A stretch of 64,000 nucleotides of DNA from an uncultured Acidobacteriota bacterium (GCA_963796275.1 CAWCKY010000003.1:640001-704000); one strand, 5' to 3'. Positions 32,055-43,258 are shown, numbered from the stretch's first letter. Made by a program: numbers and translations. Notes: generated from the letters alone by a model not told the origin.

Positions 32055-35000
32055 GTGCGATTCCCGAAATGCATGAAACATGTTGTCATCGGGGTGTTGT
32101 TATTGACCTGTGTTGTATGGTTTGACCGAGCAATGGGTCTCTCCTCAATGGCGCAATCGAATGATGCCGACCCCATTCGCTTGCTGGTCGGGAGACTCTT
32201 CGAGTCATATCAGCAGAAAGATCTTGATAAATTGATCTCCCTCTGGAGCGAGGAATCAACTTACCTGGCTGAGAACAAAAAAAACTTGCAAGGGGAATTT
32301 TTCGCATATGACAAACTAAAAGTGAAGAGCTTCGATATACGTCAGACGAAGATTGATGGTGACAAAGCCACTCTGCGGGTGGTGGCCGAGATGGCACTCA
32401 CCAGGGCAAAGATGTTAAAGCCCACTGAAACGCTGGCGAAGAAGAATTGGACAATCGAGTTAGTCGGCGAGGGAGGAATCTGGAAAATATGGAAATTCAT
32501 TGCCAGCGAGGAAAAATTGGCTGCTGAGATCATTGCCGCGAACACAGAGGAAGATAGAAAGGTCTTAATGGAGAAAGAGCCTGAGTTACTTACTTCCGAT
32601 CTTGCCACTATCCTCGCTCGCCAGAATACTTCTAACATTGCCTATCAGAAGGGCTACCAACATGCACTCGCAATCAATCAGCTCGCATCCAAACTCGCTG
32701 AGAAAATTGGCGATCAATTGGTTATGGGCAAGGTGCTGTACAATACCGGATACATCTACGGTTGGCTAGGGGGACCAGAAAAATCCCCCGAAATAGCACT
32801 TGGATATTATAGAAAAAGTTTGAAGATCGGTGAAGAATTTGGATTTAAAGATCTCGCACTTCGATCTCAAATGAGTTCCGCAATAGTCTATCACAGCATA
32901 GGCGATCATTCACATGCCATAGAATATTATCAGCAGAGTCTCAAATCATCTGAGGAATTGGGTGATGTCATCATAACGACCCAAGTGCTGAACAATTTAG
33001 GAAGTATATACCGATTGCAGAGTAAATTAGCCCAGGCTCTGGAAGTGATGTTGATAAGTCTGAAGTTGTCTGAAAACAGACCTGCCTCTGGAACGTATTG
33101 GGCAGACATATCGAGGATTATGGCCAATATTGGCGCTACTTTTAGGGCCCAGGGCAATGTTGAACAAGCCTTGGCCTACTTCCAAAAGGCATACGAAACA
33201 TCTCAAAAAGGCGGTAAGCTAGAATCTCCTGATGCCAAGTTAGGTGTAGCTCAAATAGTTGCAGAACTTGGTTCTAGCCACTTCCAACAGGGCAACTATC
33301 CTTTGGCAAACGAGTATTATCAGAAAAGTCAGAAGCTGATGGAAGAGGTTGGAGATAGGTTATTGAATCGTAAAGATAGCTTCATTTCTTGGATCAAATC
33401 GAACATGGGTGATATTTTAGTAGCAGAAAAAAAACCACTTGATGCGATGGCTAGCTATCAGGAATCGCTCATGTTGGCAGAAAAATCGAGAGATAAAACA
33501 AGGATGGCATATCCTTTAAGCAGCCTAGGCAAGATACACCTTTTGCAGGGAGATTATCGCGGGGCATTGACTCTCGCAGAGCGAGCTGTGAAAGCTGCCG
33601 AACAAGTCAGCCAACCCGATTATTTAACAGATGCCTTGGTGATAGTGTCTCAAGCCTATCAGAAACTGGGCCACTCCGAGGACGCTCGTCAGGCATTAGC
33701 TAAAGCTATTGATGTTACTGAGCAGTTGCGTGATCAGTCGGTCGGCAACGAACTCGACCGCCAGCGCGCTTTTGAATATACGCTGACTCCATATCAGGCA
33801 ATGATCGATTTCCAGGCTGATCAGAAACAATTTACAGAAGCCTTCTCTTACGCTCAGCGTGCAAAAGGACGCACCCTCTTGGAGTTATTGCAGAATGGCC
33901 GGGTTGACATTGATAAATCGGCGTCTCCTACAGAGCGCGAGCAAGAGCAACAACATAACCAAAAAATCGTTTCTCTCAATCGCCAGGTCACCGCTGAGAA
34001 GCTGAAACCTCAACCTGATGAAAAACGCCTGGCCGAGTTTGAGGAACAGTTGAAGAAAGCACGCTTGGAATTCGAGGCGTTCCAAACCACTCTGTATGCA
34101 TCCCACCCTGAACTCAAAGTCCAGCGCGGCGAGATTCGACCATTCTCCTTTGACGATGCGGCTGACCTCATTCCTGATTCGAAGACTGCACTCCTGGATT
34201 TCATCGTCACAGACGAGAATGTCCACCTCTTCGTCCTGACCAAAGACGATTCCGCCAAACCGACCTTGAATACCTATACCGTCAAGATCGATCGCAAATC
34301 TCTGGCTGAGGAGGTCGAGCGCTACCGTCGCCGAATGGAAAACCGAGACTACGACTTCCAGGCGATCTCCAAGTATCTCTATGTCTTGCTGCTCAAACCG
34401 GCTCAGAAGCAACTGCAAAACAAATCCTCCCTCATAATCTCTCCCGATAACGTCTTATGGGATTTGCCATTCCAGGCCTTGCTATCCCCGGAGTTACGCT
34501 ATCTGATCGAAGACGCCGCGATCTCATATACACCATCTCTTTCAGTGCTCAGAGAGATGCGGCTCGCGGGCAAGAAGAATCAAACGCCGGCCAAGCCATC
34601 CTTACTGGCTCTGGGCAATCCGGCGCTGGGAAACCGGAGTAAAGACTTGGTCAAGTTTGTGAAGATGGATACGGAACTACAGCCATTGCCGGAGGCGGCG
34701 GCTCAAGTCAGAGCCTTGGGGCGATTGTACGGACCGAGGTTCAGCCGAGTCTTCACCGGCCCGGCTGCGCGCGAAGAAGTGGTCAAGCGGCAATCGGCTG
34801 ACTATCGCATTCTGCACCTGGCAACGCACGGCATCCTCAACGACGTCAGTCCGATGTACTCACACGTCATGCTGTCTCAAACGCCAGGCAAGAGTGACGA
34901 GGACGGTTTGTTGGAAGCCTGGGAGATGATGAACCTGGATCTGGACGCCGACCTGGTGGTGCTGACAGCCTGCGATACGGCCCGTGGACGAGTGGGAGCA

Positions 35001-35267
35001 GGGGAAGGGATGATCGGGATGAGTTGGGCGCTATTCGTAGCTGGATGTCCGAGGACGGTGGTCAGTCAGTGGAAGGTGGAAGCATCGAGCACGGCAGACT
35101 TGATGGTGGAGTTCCATAAGAAGTTCAAGACGAAATACGGCAGAACGCAATCAATGGTTTCCACGGCGGAGGCGATGAGACAGGCCGCCTTGAAAGTCAT
35201 GAACAATCCGGAATACGTGCACCCATTCTATTGGGGGGGATTTGTAGTGGTCGGCGATGGTAATTGA
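32055..35267 (+). CDS. Secreted TPR-CHAT protease with N-terminal NTF2/SnoaL-like domain
   Basis: GTG start with GAGGAGG RBS; signal; NTF2-like segment ([18 protein letters not shown]...[10 protein letters not shown]...GIWKIW); TPRs; LHLATHG and VLTACDTARG; ends HPFYWGGF. Confidence 0.92.
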   Translation: MRFPKCMKHVVIGVLLLTCVVWFDRAMGLSSMAQSNDADPIRLLVGRLFESYQQKDLDKLISLWSEESTYLAENKKNLQGEFFAYDKLKVKSFDIRQTKIDGDKATLRVVAEMALTRAKMLKPTETLAKKNWTIELVGEGGIWKIWKFIASEEKLAAEIIAANTEEDRKVLMEKEPELLTSDLATILARQNTSNIAYQKGYQHALAINQLASKLAEKIGDQLVMGKVLYNTGYIYGWLGGPEKSPEIALGYYRKSLKIGEEFGFKDLALRSQMSSAIVYHSIGDHSHAIEYYQQSLKSSEELGDVIITTQVLNNLGSIYRLQSKLAQALEVMLISLKLSENRPASGTYWADISRIMANIGATFRAQGNVEQALAYFQKAYETSQKGGKLESPDAKLGVAQIVAELGSSHFQQGNYPLANEYYQKSQKLMEEVGDRLLNRKDSFISWIKSNMGDILVAEKKPLDAMASYQESLMLAEKSRDKTRMAYPLSSLGKIHLLQGDYRGALTLAERAVKAAEQVSQPDYLTDALVIVSQAYQKLGHSEDARQALAKAIDVTEQLRDQSVGNELDRQRAFEYTLTPYQAMIDFQADQKQFTEAFSYAQRAKGRTLLELLQNGRVDIDKSASPTEREQEQQHNQKIVSLNRQVTAEKLKPQPDEKRLAEFEEQLKKARLEFEAFQTTLYASHPELKVQRGEIRPFSFDDAADLIPDSKTALLDFIVTDENVHLFVLTKDDSAKPTLNTYTVKIDRKSLAEEVERYRRRMENRDYDFQAISKYLYVLLLKPAQKQLQNKSSLIISPDNVLWDLPFQALLSPELRYLIEDAAISYTPSLSVLREMRLAGKKNQTPAKPSLLALGNPALGNRSKDLVKFVKMDTELQPLPEAAAQVRALGRLYGPRFSRVFTGPAAREEVVKRQSADYRILHLATHGILNDVSPMYSHVMLSQTPGKSDEDGLLEAWEMMNLDLDADLVVLTACDTARGRVGAGEGMIGMSWALFVAGCPRTVVSQWKVEASSTADLMVEFHKKFKTKYGRTQSMVSTAEAMRQAALKVMNNPEYVHPFYWGGFVVVGDGN

Positions 35268-35843
35268 ACGGGTTCGACGCAGAGCCACATAGTGCAACCA
35301 TTCAGCTTTAAAGACCAGCGCTATTCAGCCGATAAAGTCCTAAAACATTATTATTCTATTAAATTGGTAGTAGTCGTGTTTTCTACGTCTTATACACATG
35401 ACGAGAGCAAGAATTATGTCTCCGCAACAGAGTTTGACAAAAGGTTCTCGATATTAAGGGTGCATATACACATCCACGAGTGAAAGAGAAAGGTTATTGC
35501 ATCTGGCTCCGCAATCCGTCTCGGCTCCATACAAGAGGGATAAAATAACCGTGATAGGCGATGAGGCGTATCTACTGAAAATCTACAAGGGAGAGAGTAT
35601 GGTTCTGTTTAGAAAGCCAAACGTAGTCATATATGTGGAAACATCTACGTCAGATGCGGAGACTTTTGCCAAACTGATGGATTCATTACTGCTGCCTTGA
35701 GTTCGGTGGGTTTCCGTTGCTGACTGTGGAATAGTCTCACAGACTGTGATTGATTCGCTCATTACCTCAGGGTTATAGCTGTTGGGACCTGTCAGACACC
35801 CTTAGTTACAATGTTGACAATAGGTCATTCAGGAGGATATCCC

Positions 35844-36395
35844 ATGCTTACATTGCTATATCGTCTGTTCGTTTGTCTCCTCTTCTGCTCACTTTTCATT
35901 GTTAGAGCTAATTCCCAAATCCTCCCACAAACAGAAGATCAAGAGACGATCAAACTCAAAACCGAGCTCGTCGTCGTCGACGCCCTGGTGAGAGATAAGA
36001 AGAGCCGCGAGATCATCACCGGCCTCAAACTTCAAGATTTTGAACTATTTGAAGACGGCGCGAAACAACAGGTCGAATTCTTCGGTCAGGACAAGTTGCC
36101 GATATCTTTAGTGTTACTTCTGGACATAAGCGGGAGCGTCAAACCGGTGATCGAAAAGATTCGTGAAGGGGCTTTGCAGACATTGCAGCGTCTGAAGCCA
36201 GAAGACGAGGTTGCGCTCATGGTCTTCTCCGGCATGACCGAGTTGATCCAGGACTTCACCAAAGACCGGGAGTTGGTTCAGAAGAAATTGGCTCAGGCGC
36301 TGGAGAAGCCCGGCGGCGGCACGCGCATCCACGAGGTGCCGCCGATACAGTATGATGCGCCGGATGCCGGTAATCCGGAAGCTGAACGGGAGTAG
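35844..36395 (+). pseudogene. Truncated acidobacterial-type VWA domain protein
   Basis: Signal, IKLKTELVVVDALVRD and MIDAS motif LLLDISGS. The sequence loses VWA character after GGTRIHE and stops 3 bp before a duplicated CHAT leader. Confidence 0.75.
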
Positions 36396-36397
36396 AA

Positions 36398-36680
36398 TGG
36401 CTGACTCAGTATGCCATCTCTGCGTACTCAATTGAGCTTGCCCCAATTTCCCTCACAGACTAGAGACAGAGGAGTTTTTGTGCGATTACCAAAATATCTG
36501 TCAGGTCTCATTGTGCTGTTGTTAATGACCGGTATCGTTTGCTTCGACCATCCCCTGAGCGACTTCTCTCTGGCGCAATCGAATGATGCGAATGGCGCTG
36601 ATGCCATTCGCGTTGTAGTCGGGAAACTCTTTGAGTTATATCAACAGAAAGACCTCGACAATTTGATCTCCTTCGGGAGC
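36398..36680 (+). pseudogene. 5' remnant (leader plus ~65 codons) of a TPR-CHAT paralog; direct repeat of 43350-43631
   Basis: Near-identical DNA to 43350-43631, GTG at 36480; breaks off at DNLISF. Confidence 0.9.
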
Positions 36681-36982
36681 TGTTCTGCTAGGGTCCGGAT
36701 CATCACCTATTCGCCGTTTTATTTCTCCAGAGCTATTCATGCCAATAATCTCTTGTAGATTATTATTCTATAAAATTGGTATTGGCCGTGTTTTTCCACG
36801 TCTTATATCCATGACAGCAACAGGCGCGTTATCACCACAACCTATGTTGCCATTAATAATCGTAAGGGGATTGAGGGAGATGGCTATAAGACTCTGATAG
36901 TTGGGTAAAAGGAGAAATATATGAGCCCAATGGGGATTCATCTGACACGAGGTTCGCATTTTTACCTGGTGGCGGCTTCTCT

Positions 36983-37082
36983 GTGGCGCAAACAAACGAA
37001 GTCGATGCCATTCGCATTCTCGTCGAGAGGCTCTTCAAGTCATATCAGCAAAAAGACCTCGAGCGATCGTTCTCACTTTTCG
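36983..37082 (+). pseudogene. Second short remnant of a TPR-CHAT N-terminus
   Basis: AQTNEVDAIRILVERLFKSYQQKDL matches [25 protein letters not shown] of the gene at 32055. Confidence 0.75.
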
Positions 37083-37160
37083 GCCCTGTCAGCTACTGTG
37101 TAGTCAATGTCGGTACACGGGCTGAGAATGTACAAAATGTTATTCGAATAGGAGCCAAAC

Positions 37161-40100
37161 ATGCCGATTAAGAGATCAGTTATTGCAACGTGTGTATTGT
37201 CAAAGTGGGCGGCCTTCTTATTTGTTATTTTGGCCGGGATTCTCATTTTTTCATGGGGGCAGCGTTCCTTCGCGGCGCGACAGGCAGCAGCGCAGGCTGG
37301 CGCTCTAGGATCCCAGTTCTCATCACGCGTGCCAGCGAGCCAATCCTCGGGCACAACCAGTCGCCAGATCCCTGCGACCCGCGAAAATTTCGATGCGCGA
37401 GCCGGCCATCAACGGACGCTCGTCATGCCGCCCGGTGCCGGTACTGCTGCGACCAATGCGGGAGCGGCGCCACGCGGCGCAGGGCAAACCGTTCAGGTCT
37501 CCCGCCTTAAGCAGTCGCGTCCCAGCGTCGGTATGCGATGGAGTTCGTTGACCGGTACGCCGAGCCGTCTATACAGCCACACCGATACCCTGAGTGATCC
37601 GACAACGGGTGACGCCGGGGCTGTGGCGCGCGGCTTCCTCAAGGGTAATGATGACCTCTTTCGGTTAAGCGTCGCCGAAGTGGATGGGCTGAAGGAAGAA
37701 CGCCGATACCGGACCGAGCACAATGGCGTGACCCACCTGACGCTCCAGCAGGAGATCGGCGGAATCGAAATCTTTCAATCTGCAATGACCATGCACCTCA
37801 ACCGCGAGGGCGCTATTATCTCGGCCAGCGGCGAATTGATGCCCGGCGCGGCGCGGTCGGTCAATCTCAGTCAACCGAAGATCCCGGCTGTCGAGGCTTT
37901 GCGCATTGCAGCGGAACAATCCGGTGCCGAACTCAAAGAGCAGCCCCGATGGACTCTGTCGCCCGGGGGCGCCGAGGCACGCCAGGAGTTTGCCGGCGGC
38001 GAGAGCTTCGAACGGGACGTCAAGGCGAGGCTCGTCTACTTCCCGGTTGCCCCCGAGCAGGTGCGTCTGGCGTGGGAATTCGTGATCTGGATGCGCGAGA
38101 CGCCTGATGTCTATTTGATTCTGATCGATGCGGAGCAGAACAGCATGCTCTTCCGTCAAAATCTGACCAGCTACGAGGAGAATCCGCTGCGACCACATGG
38201 ATTGGTCTACACTGGAGACAGCCCGCGTCCGGATGTGCCACACACCAGCGACTCACCGCCGACCGTCGAGCGCCAGGACGTACCGTTCAACGCGACGTCT
38301 TTCAACGGAGCGACGATCTTCCAGCCGAGCGATCCGCATTACGATTGGTGGGCGGGCAACCCGGCCAGCGGTTTGATCAGCAACAACGCGGATGCGCGGC
38401 TGGACCGCGATTCTATCCAGAACCAGCCGGACCTGCCGCGGTTGGAAGCTCCGGACGGCAATTTCTCATTCCCGGTCGATCTGGCGATCGAGCCGACGGC
38501 CGCGACCAATCCGCAGGCGGCGCAGGTCAATCTCTTCTACTGGATCAACCGCTATCACGATATTCTTTACTCATTCGGTTTCAATGAAGCGGCCGGTAAC
38601 TTTCAGACCGACAACTTCGGGCTTGGTGGAATGGTCAACGATGCAGTGATCGGTGACGCACAGGACGGCATCGGTATTAACAACGCCAACTTCTCGACGC
38701 CGCCGGATGGTCAGTCCGGTCGGGTTCAAATGTTTCTCTGGAATTTGGCCTCGCCTCAGCTCGATGGGTCCTTCGATCAGGGGGTCGTCATTCACGAACT
38801 GACTCATGGTTTGAGCAACCGGCTGGTCGGTAACGCGCTTGGGCTGGGCGCCTTCCAGAGTCGGAGTATGGGAGAGGGTTGGTCGGATTTCCTCAGTCTA
38901 GCATTGTTGCGGATCGAGCAAGACGACCCGCGTGGTGCGTACCCGGTCGGCGGGTATGTCACCAACGATTATGCCCGTGGAGTCCGCCGCTATCCCTACA
39001 GCACCGATCTGCAGGTCAATCCGCTGACCTTCAGAAACCTGGGTGAAGTTCTGGCAGTTCATGCGGGAGGAGAGATCTGGTGCAGTATGTTGTGGGAGAT
39101 GCGGGCACTCTTGATCGAGCGATACGGTTTTAGTGAAGGGCAGCGGCAGTCTATCCAACTGGTAGTCGACGGATTGAAGATGACCCCCACGGACCCGAGC
39201 TTTATCGATGCGCGGGATGCGATCATGCTCGCCGACCGCGTGAATAATCAGGGTGCGAATGGATGTCTGATCTGGAAAGCATTCGCTAAGCGGGGCATGG
39301 GAATTAACGCCAGCACACTGGGCGCCTCGGAGATTGCCACCGTCGAATCTTTCGAGGTCGCGCCTAATTGCAGCACTCTCGGCTCGCTGCTCCTGGATAA
39401 GATCAGTTATGTCGATAACGAGACGGTCCATATCACGCTGGGCGACAGTAATGCCAGGACTCCGGTGATGGTCGATGTAAGGAGTTCCAAAACCGGCGAC
39501 CGGGAGAGAATCAGGCTGGAGCCCGATGCCTCCATATCCGGTCTCTTCGTCGGTTCGATTCGCCTTGATGGCGGCCGTGCCAGGGAGGGTGATGGCATGC
39601 TTCAGGGATCGGATGAGGCCAGGGATCAGATCAGAGTTGTCTATCTGGACCGCGACACCGATCTTCGCAACTCCGCGCTCGTCTCGGCCACCGCTGAATG
39701 GGCGCGTGAACTGGTGATCCTGGACGACGATGTCGAGCGGGGAAACCAGACCTGGCTGACTAATATCAGCTGGGCAATCACCGGCGAGCTTTCCGGCTCT
39801 CCCACGCACTCCTGGCGCATCAGCGGCGCGTCCTTTGACCCGCTCCTGCTGAATGATCTCTCAATCACCTCGCCGTTGCTCGATCTGACAGGTCTTGGTG
39901 AAGTCACTCTTTCCTTCTCGCAAAGCCGCCAGCTTACCGGCGCCCGCAGCACGAGCTCCGGGCGGGTCGAGATATCCATCGACGATGGCGTAACGTGGAC
40001 CGCGGTCAAAACGTTCAACGATAACCAAACTGGCTTTGCCCCTTCGCAGGTGTTGTTGTCGGGATTGAATGGTCAGGCGAAGGCGCGTCTGCGATTCCGG

Positions 40101-42968
40101 TTGGTGGCTCCGCAGTTGAGCATAACCCCGGTTTTCTGGGCGGTTGACGATATACGTCTCACAGCGCGTTCTGCAGATCCGCGAGTCATCCCGCCGGGTG
40201 ATGCGCCGGCGCCGATCATTACTGCAACCAGTCCTGCTTTCGGACTGCCGGGCGGCGGCACGCAGGTGATTATCAGCGGTGCGAACTTCACCGAAAGCGA
40301 TGACACGAGTGTCACCTTTGATGGTCTTCCGGCCGCACAGGTGACAGTACTGGGCAGCTCAACTATTACGGCAGTCACCCCAGCGCATAGCGCCGGACCT
40401 GTCAACGTACGCGTCATCAATCGCCGGGGTACGGCCAGGCTGTCGAGGGGGTTCACCTACTACGAGCCGGGCAGCGCCACCAGGCAGCCGGTGCTCGGTA
40501 ACGTCTCTCCTGGTTCCGGCTCCGTGCTGGGTGGAACGTCCGTAACATTGACCGGGACGAACTTCACGCCTGAAACATCGGTCAGCTTCGGCTCGCAAGA
40601 GGCGCCGGTCACATTCATTAATGGCAACACTCTGCGGGTATTTGCGCCGGCGGCTTCAACGATAGGGGCTGTCGATGTCACAGTTCGGAATGGCAGCCGG
40701 CAGATGACACGCACCGGCGCCTACCGATATATTGCAGCCACACCGCCCGCGGTGCAGGTGCTCAGTCCGCAAGACGGCGAGAATTTTTACACGGGCAGTC
40801 TGCTTACTATTCGCTGGCAATCGTCTGGTAATCGCGAGCTCGTGACACAGCGCATCAGGCTCACGTACCTGCCGGCCATCGGATTACCCACAGAACGGAC
40901 TATCGATATCGTGCTCGAACTGGGCGGCGATTCGCGCTCATTCACCTGGGAAGTGCCGACTGCCCTCCCGCCCGCTACGCAGGCACGCATCTACGTTACG
41001 GCAATCGACGATGAGGGCGCTGAGACGGAGGCGGTTTCAGGCCAGTTTGCGATCTTGCGGCGCTGGGAGACGAATACGAATCTGTCGCAATTTCTCCCAA
41101 CTGGGCAGTATGTCGCCGATGACAAATACCTCTACGGCATCGGACAGGTGTTGCAATTGGGCTCACCGCCGGAAAATAAGATCGTTCGCTACGACCCGGA
41201 GACAAATGTCTGGACGGATCAGGGGCTTGCCTTGCCGCCGTCCATTCTTGGGAACGCTCGGGCTGTTTTCCTCAATGGCAAGATCTATATTCCGGGAGGA
41301 ACCATTCCCGGCCCCGCTATAACACCGCTTCACCTCGCTTACGATATAGCCGCGAATACGTGGTCGACTCAGGCCGAGGTGCCGAACCCGACGGCTCTTT
41401 ACGCGCTTACCGAGGATAATGCGCGGGGCGTCTACTATCATACCGGCGGGATCACTCTTACGGCCTACTCAGCGGCATTCAAGATGTATGATCCGTCGTC
41501 AAACGCTTGGACGGACCTGCCGCCGATGAATTCGGCCCGTGTCACCCACAATGCTGCGGTGATCGAAGGAAAACTTTATATAGCCGGGGGCATTGGTCCC
41601 TCCGGTGCTCTCCTGGGCGGCGAGGTCTACGATTTTGAGACCAGGCAGTGGTCGCCGATTGCGCCGCTCAGCCGTCCTCGGATGAACGCCCAGGCTGCTA
41701 TCGTCGAAGATGCGGCTGGAAATCCATTCTGGCTCTTCATTGGCGGGGCTGCTGCGAACGATGCGGAGGTCTACGATGTCCGTAACAACCGCTGGATCGA
41801 GCTCGATAATTCATTCGTGCTGACCCCTATTTCTCTCAATCCCGGTGGTCCTACGTTGTCGCGACCACTGACCGGGAGCGGGGTTATCGGCGGATTTTTC
41901 TATACCGTCTCGGCCCCTATCGATGTCTCCCGATTGTCTGTTGCCCCGCTGGAGATATCCGTCTCTGATCGACCTCCGATTCTCACCGTGCCCGTGACAC
42001 AGGTCGGAGCCGCGAATACAAAGATGGAGTTTAATATTTCGGCCAGCGATCTCGGCTCGGGAGTGCCTCTCTCGATCACTGCAGATGGGCTGCCTGCGCG
42101 TGCGCGTTTCACGACAGAGGTCATCACCAACAACAGGACGGAGGGTACATTCAAATGGATCCCGACCGCCGCCGATGTCGGAAGCAGTTTCAATCTCGCC
42201 TTCACCGCGAGCGATGGGCGGTCGAGCGATACGAGAGTGGTCAATGTGCGGGTGGTCGAATGCTCGGCATTGACACTGGCTAACGCCGCTGGGGCTAAAG
42301 AGGGACGGCTGACGGCCGACTCAATCGCTACGGCTTTCGGCGCCAATCTCGCCATCGGCGTCAAGACGGCCGAGTCGGAGCAGTTGCCGTTTGAGTTGGC
42401 GGGCACCACCGTCACTATCAACGGTATTCCAGCCCCGGTATTTTCCGTCTCACCTGACCGGGTCGACTTCCTCGTCCCGCCGACTGTCGAGCCGGGCGAG
42501 GCGACCGTTGTCATTCGCAATCCGGGAGGGAGTTACTCGATCGGGACCACCCAGATTGTGGATGTAGCGCCTGCGATCCTCGCCGGTGGCGCGGGGGGAA
42601 ACAGTGACACCGACACCGCACCATTCGCCCTCGGCAATGGGAGCAATGGAATCGGTTTAAGGCTGCCGAGATTGGAGAGGCTTACCGGTCGCAGGCCGGA
42701 TATTCTCACCCTATATGCCACCGGCATCCGCCGTGCACGGGCTGCCAATCCGAACGACGAGAACGGCGTTGCCGAATCGGTCGAGGTGATGATCGGCGGA
42801 TACACGGCACGTGTCCTCTACGCCGGCGCACATGCCAGGTTGAGGGGTCTGGATCAGATCATAGTCGAGATTCCTGCCGGCCTGGCCGGGACAGGGCAGC
42901 GACAGGTCGAAGTCGTGGTCTCGGTCGACGGTGTCTTTGCCGATCGTACGGTGATCTCACTTAAATGA
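37161..42968 (+). CDS. M36 (fungalysin-like) secreted metallopeptidase, 1935 aa, with propeptide, jelly-roll, 2 IPT/TIG, Kelch repeats, Ig-like and Solibacter-type (TIGR03437-like) C-terminal domain
   Basis: Propeptide NGVTHLTLQQ; GFNEAAGNFQ, NNANFSTPPDG, HELTHGLSNRL and MGEGWSD motifs; GGTQVIISGANF; Kelch GKLYIAGG; C-terminal LAGTTVTING...VLYAG...GLDQI. Confidence 0.9.
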   Translation: MPIKRSVIATCVLSKWAAFLFVILAGILIFSWGQRSFAARQAAAQAGALGSQFSSRVPASQSSGTTSRQIPATRENFDARAGHQRTLVMPPGAGTAATNAGAAPRGAGQTVQVSRLKQSRPSVGMRWSSLTGTPSRLYSHTDTLSDPTTGDAGAVARGFLKGNDDLFRLSVAEVDGLKEERRYRTEHNGVTHLTLQQEIGGIEIFQSAMTMHLNREGAIISASGELMPGAARSVNLSQPKIPAVEALRIAAEQSGAELKEQPRWTLSPGGAEARQEFAGGESFERDVKARLVYFPVAPEQVRLAWEFVIWMRETPDVYLILIDAEQNSMLFRQNLTSYEENPLRPHGLVYTGDSPRPDVPHTSDSPPTVERQDVPFNATSFNGATIFQPSDPHYDWWAGNPASGLISNNADARLDRDSIQNQPDLPRLEAPDGNFSFPVDLAIEPTAATNPQAAQVNLFYWINRYHDILYSFGFNEAAGNFQTDNFGLGGMVNDAVIGDAQDGIGINNANFSTPPDGQSGRVQMFLWNLASPQLDGSFDQGVVIHELTHGLSNRLVGNALGLGAFQSRSMGEGWSDFLSLALLRIEQDDPRGAYPVGGYVTNDYARGVRRYPYSTDLQVNPLTFRNLGEVLAVHAGGEIWCSMLWEMRALLIERYGFSEGQRQSIQLVVDGLKMTPTDPSFIDARDAIMLADRVNNQGANGCLIWKAFAKRGMGINASTLGASEIATVESFEVAPNCSTLGSLLLDKISYVDNETVHITLGDSNARTPVMVDVRSSKTGDRERIRLEPDASISGLFVGSIRLDGGRAREGDGMLQGSDEARDQIRVVYLDRDTDLRNSALVSATAEWARELVILDDDVERGNQTWLTNISWAITGELSGSPTHSWRISGASFDPLLLNDLSITSPLLDLTGLGEVTLSFSQSRQLTGARSTSSGRVEISIDDGVTWTAVKTFNDNQTGFAPSQVLLSGLNGQAKARLRFRLVAPQLSITPVFWAVDDIRLTARSADPRVIPPGDAPAPIITATSPAFGLPGGGTQVIISGANFTESDDTSVTFDGLPAAQVTVLGSSTITAVTPAHSAGPVNVRVINRRGTARLSRGFTYYEPGSATRQPVLGNVSPGSGSVLGGTSVTLTGTNFTPETSVSFGSQEAPVTFINGNTLRVFAPAASTIGAVDVTVRNGSRQMTRTGAYRYIAATPPAVQVLSPQDGENFYTGSLLTIRWQSSGNRELVTQRIRLTYLPAIGLPTERTIDIVLELGGDSRSFTWEVPTALPPATQARIYVTAIDDEGAETEAVSGQFAILRRWETNTNLSQFLPTGQYVADDKYLYGIGQVLQLGSPPENKIVRYDPETNVWTDQGLALPPSILGNARAVFLNGKIYIPGGTIPGPAITPLHLAYDIAANTWSTQAEVPNPTALYALTEDNARGVYYHTGGITLTAYSAAFKMYDPSSNAWTDLPPMNSARVTHNAAVIEGKLYIAGGIGPSGALLGGEVYDFETRQWSPIAPLSRPRMNAQAAIVEDAAGNPFWLFIGGAAANDAEVYDVRNNRWIELDNSFVLTPISLNPGGPTLSRPLTGSGVIGGFFYTVSAPIDVSRLSVAPLEISVSDRPPILTVPVTQVGAANTKMEFNISASDLGSGVPLSITADGLPARARFTTEVITNNRTEGTFKWIPTAADVGSSFNLAFTASDGRSSDTRVVNVRVVECSALTLANAAGAKEGRLTADSIATAFGANLAIGVKTAESEQLPFELAGTTVTINGIPAPVFSVSPDRVDFLVPPTVEPGEATVVIRNPGGSYSIGTTQIVDVAPAILAGGAGGNSDTDTAPFALGNGSNGIGLRLPRLERLTGRRPDILTLYATGIRRARAANPNDENGVAESVEVMIGGYTARVLYAGAHARLRGLDQIIVEIPAGLAGTGQRQVEVVVSVDGVFADRTVISLK

Positions 42969-43087
42969 AGAGAGAACGCGAAGCGCGCGAAAATAGTGAA
43001 ACACACGAGCTCTTTTCATACTGGTTGTGTGTTTCGTGGTTTTCGCGTGCTTCGCGCTCTATTAAGGAGCTGAAAGGAATCAAGGCG

Positions 43088-43258
43088 ATGACCGGTTTTG
43101 CATTTATCCCAGGTGGCGGAGGCGTTGAAATCAACCATAACAAAAAACTCACATACAGGCTTTTTCAATTTGATCTTCTGTATACTAGTCTGGGTAACGG
43201 AGTCGGCCAATTGAATCCTAGAGTATCTACTGGTGTAGTTTTTAATATCAGGAAATAA
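43088..43258 (+). pseudogene. C-terminal remnant of an outer-membrane beta-barrel protein
   Basis: GFAFIPGGGGVEINHNKKLTYRLFQFDLLYT...NPRVSTGVVF resembles the last strands of small OmpA-like barrels; no N-terminal part is present. Confidence 0.5.

Noticed and set aside
35292-35700. Two short ORFs after the CHAT gene
   Set aside because: No convincing starts; probably fragments of a decayed gene, with no assignable family.
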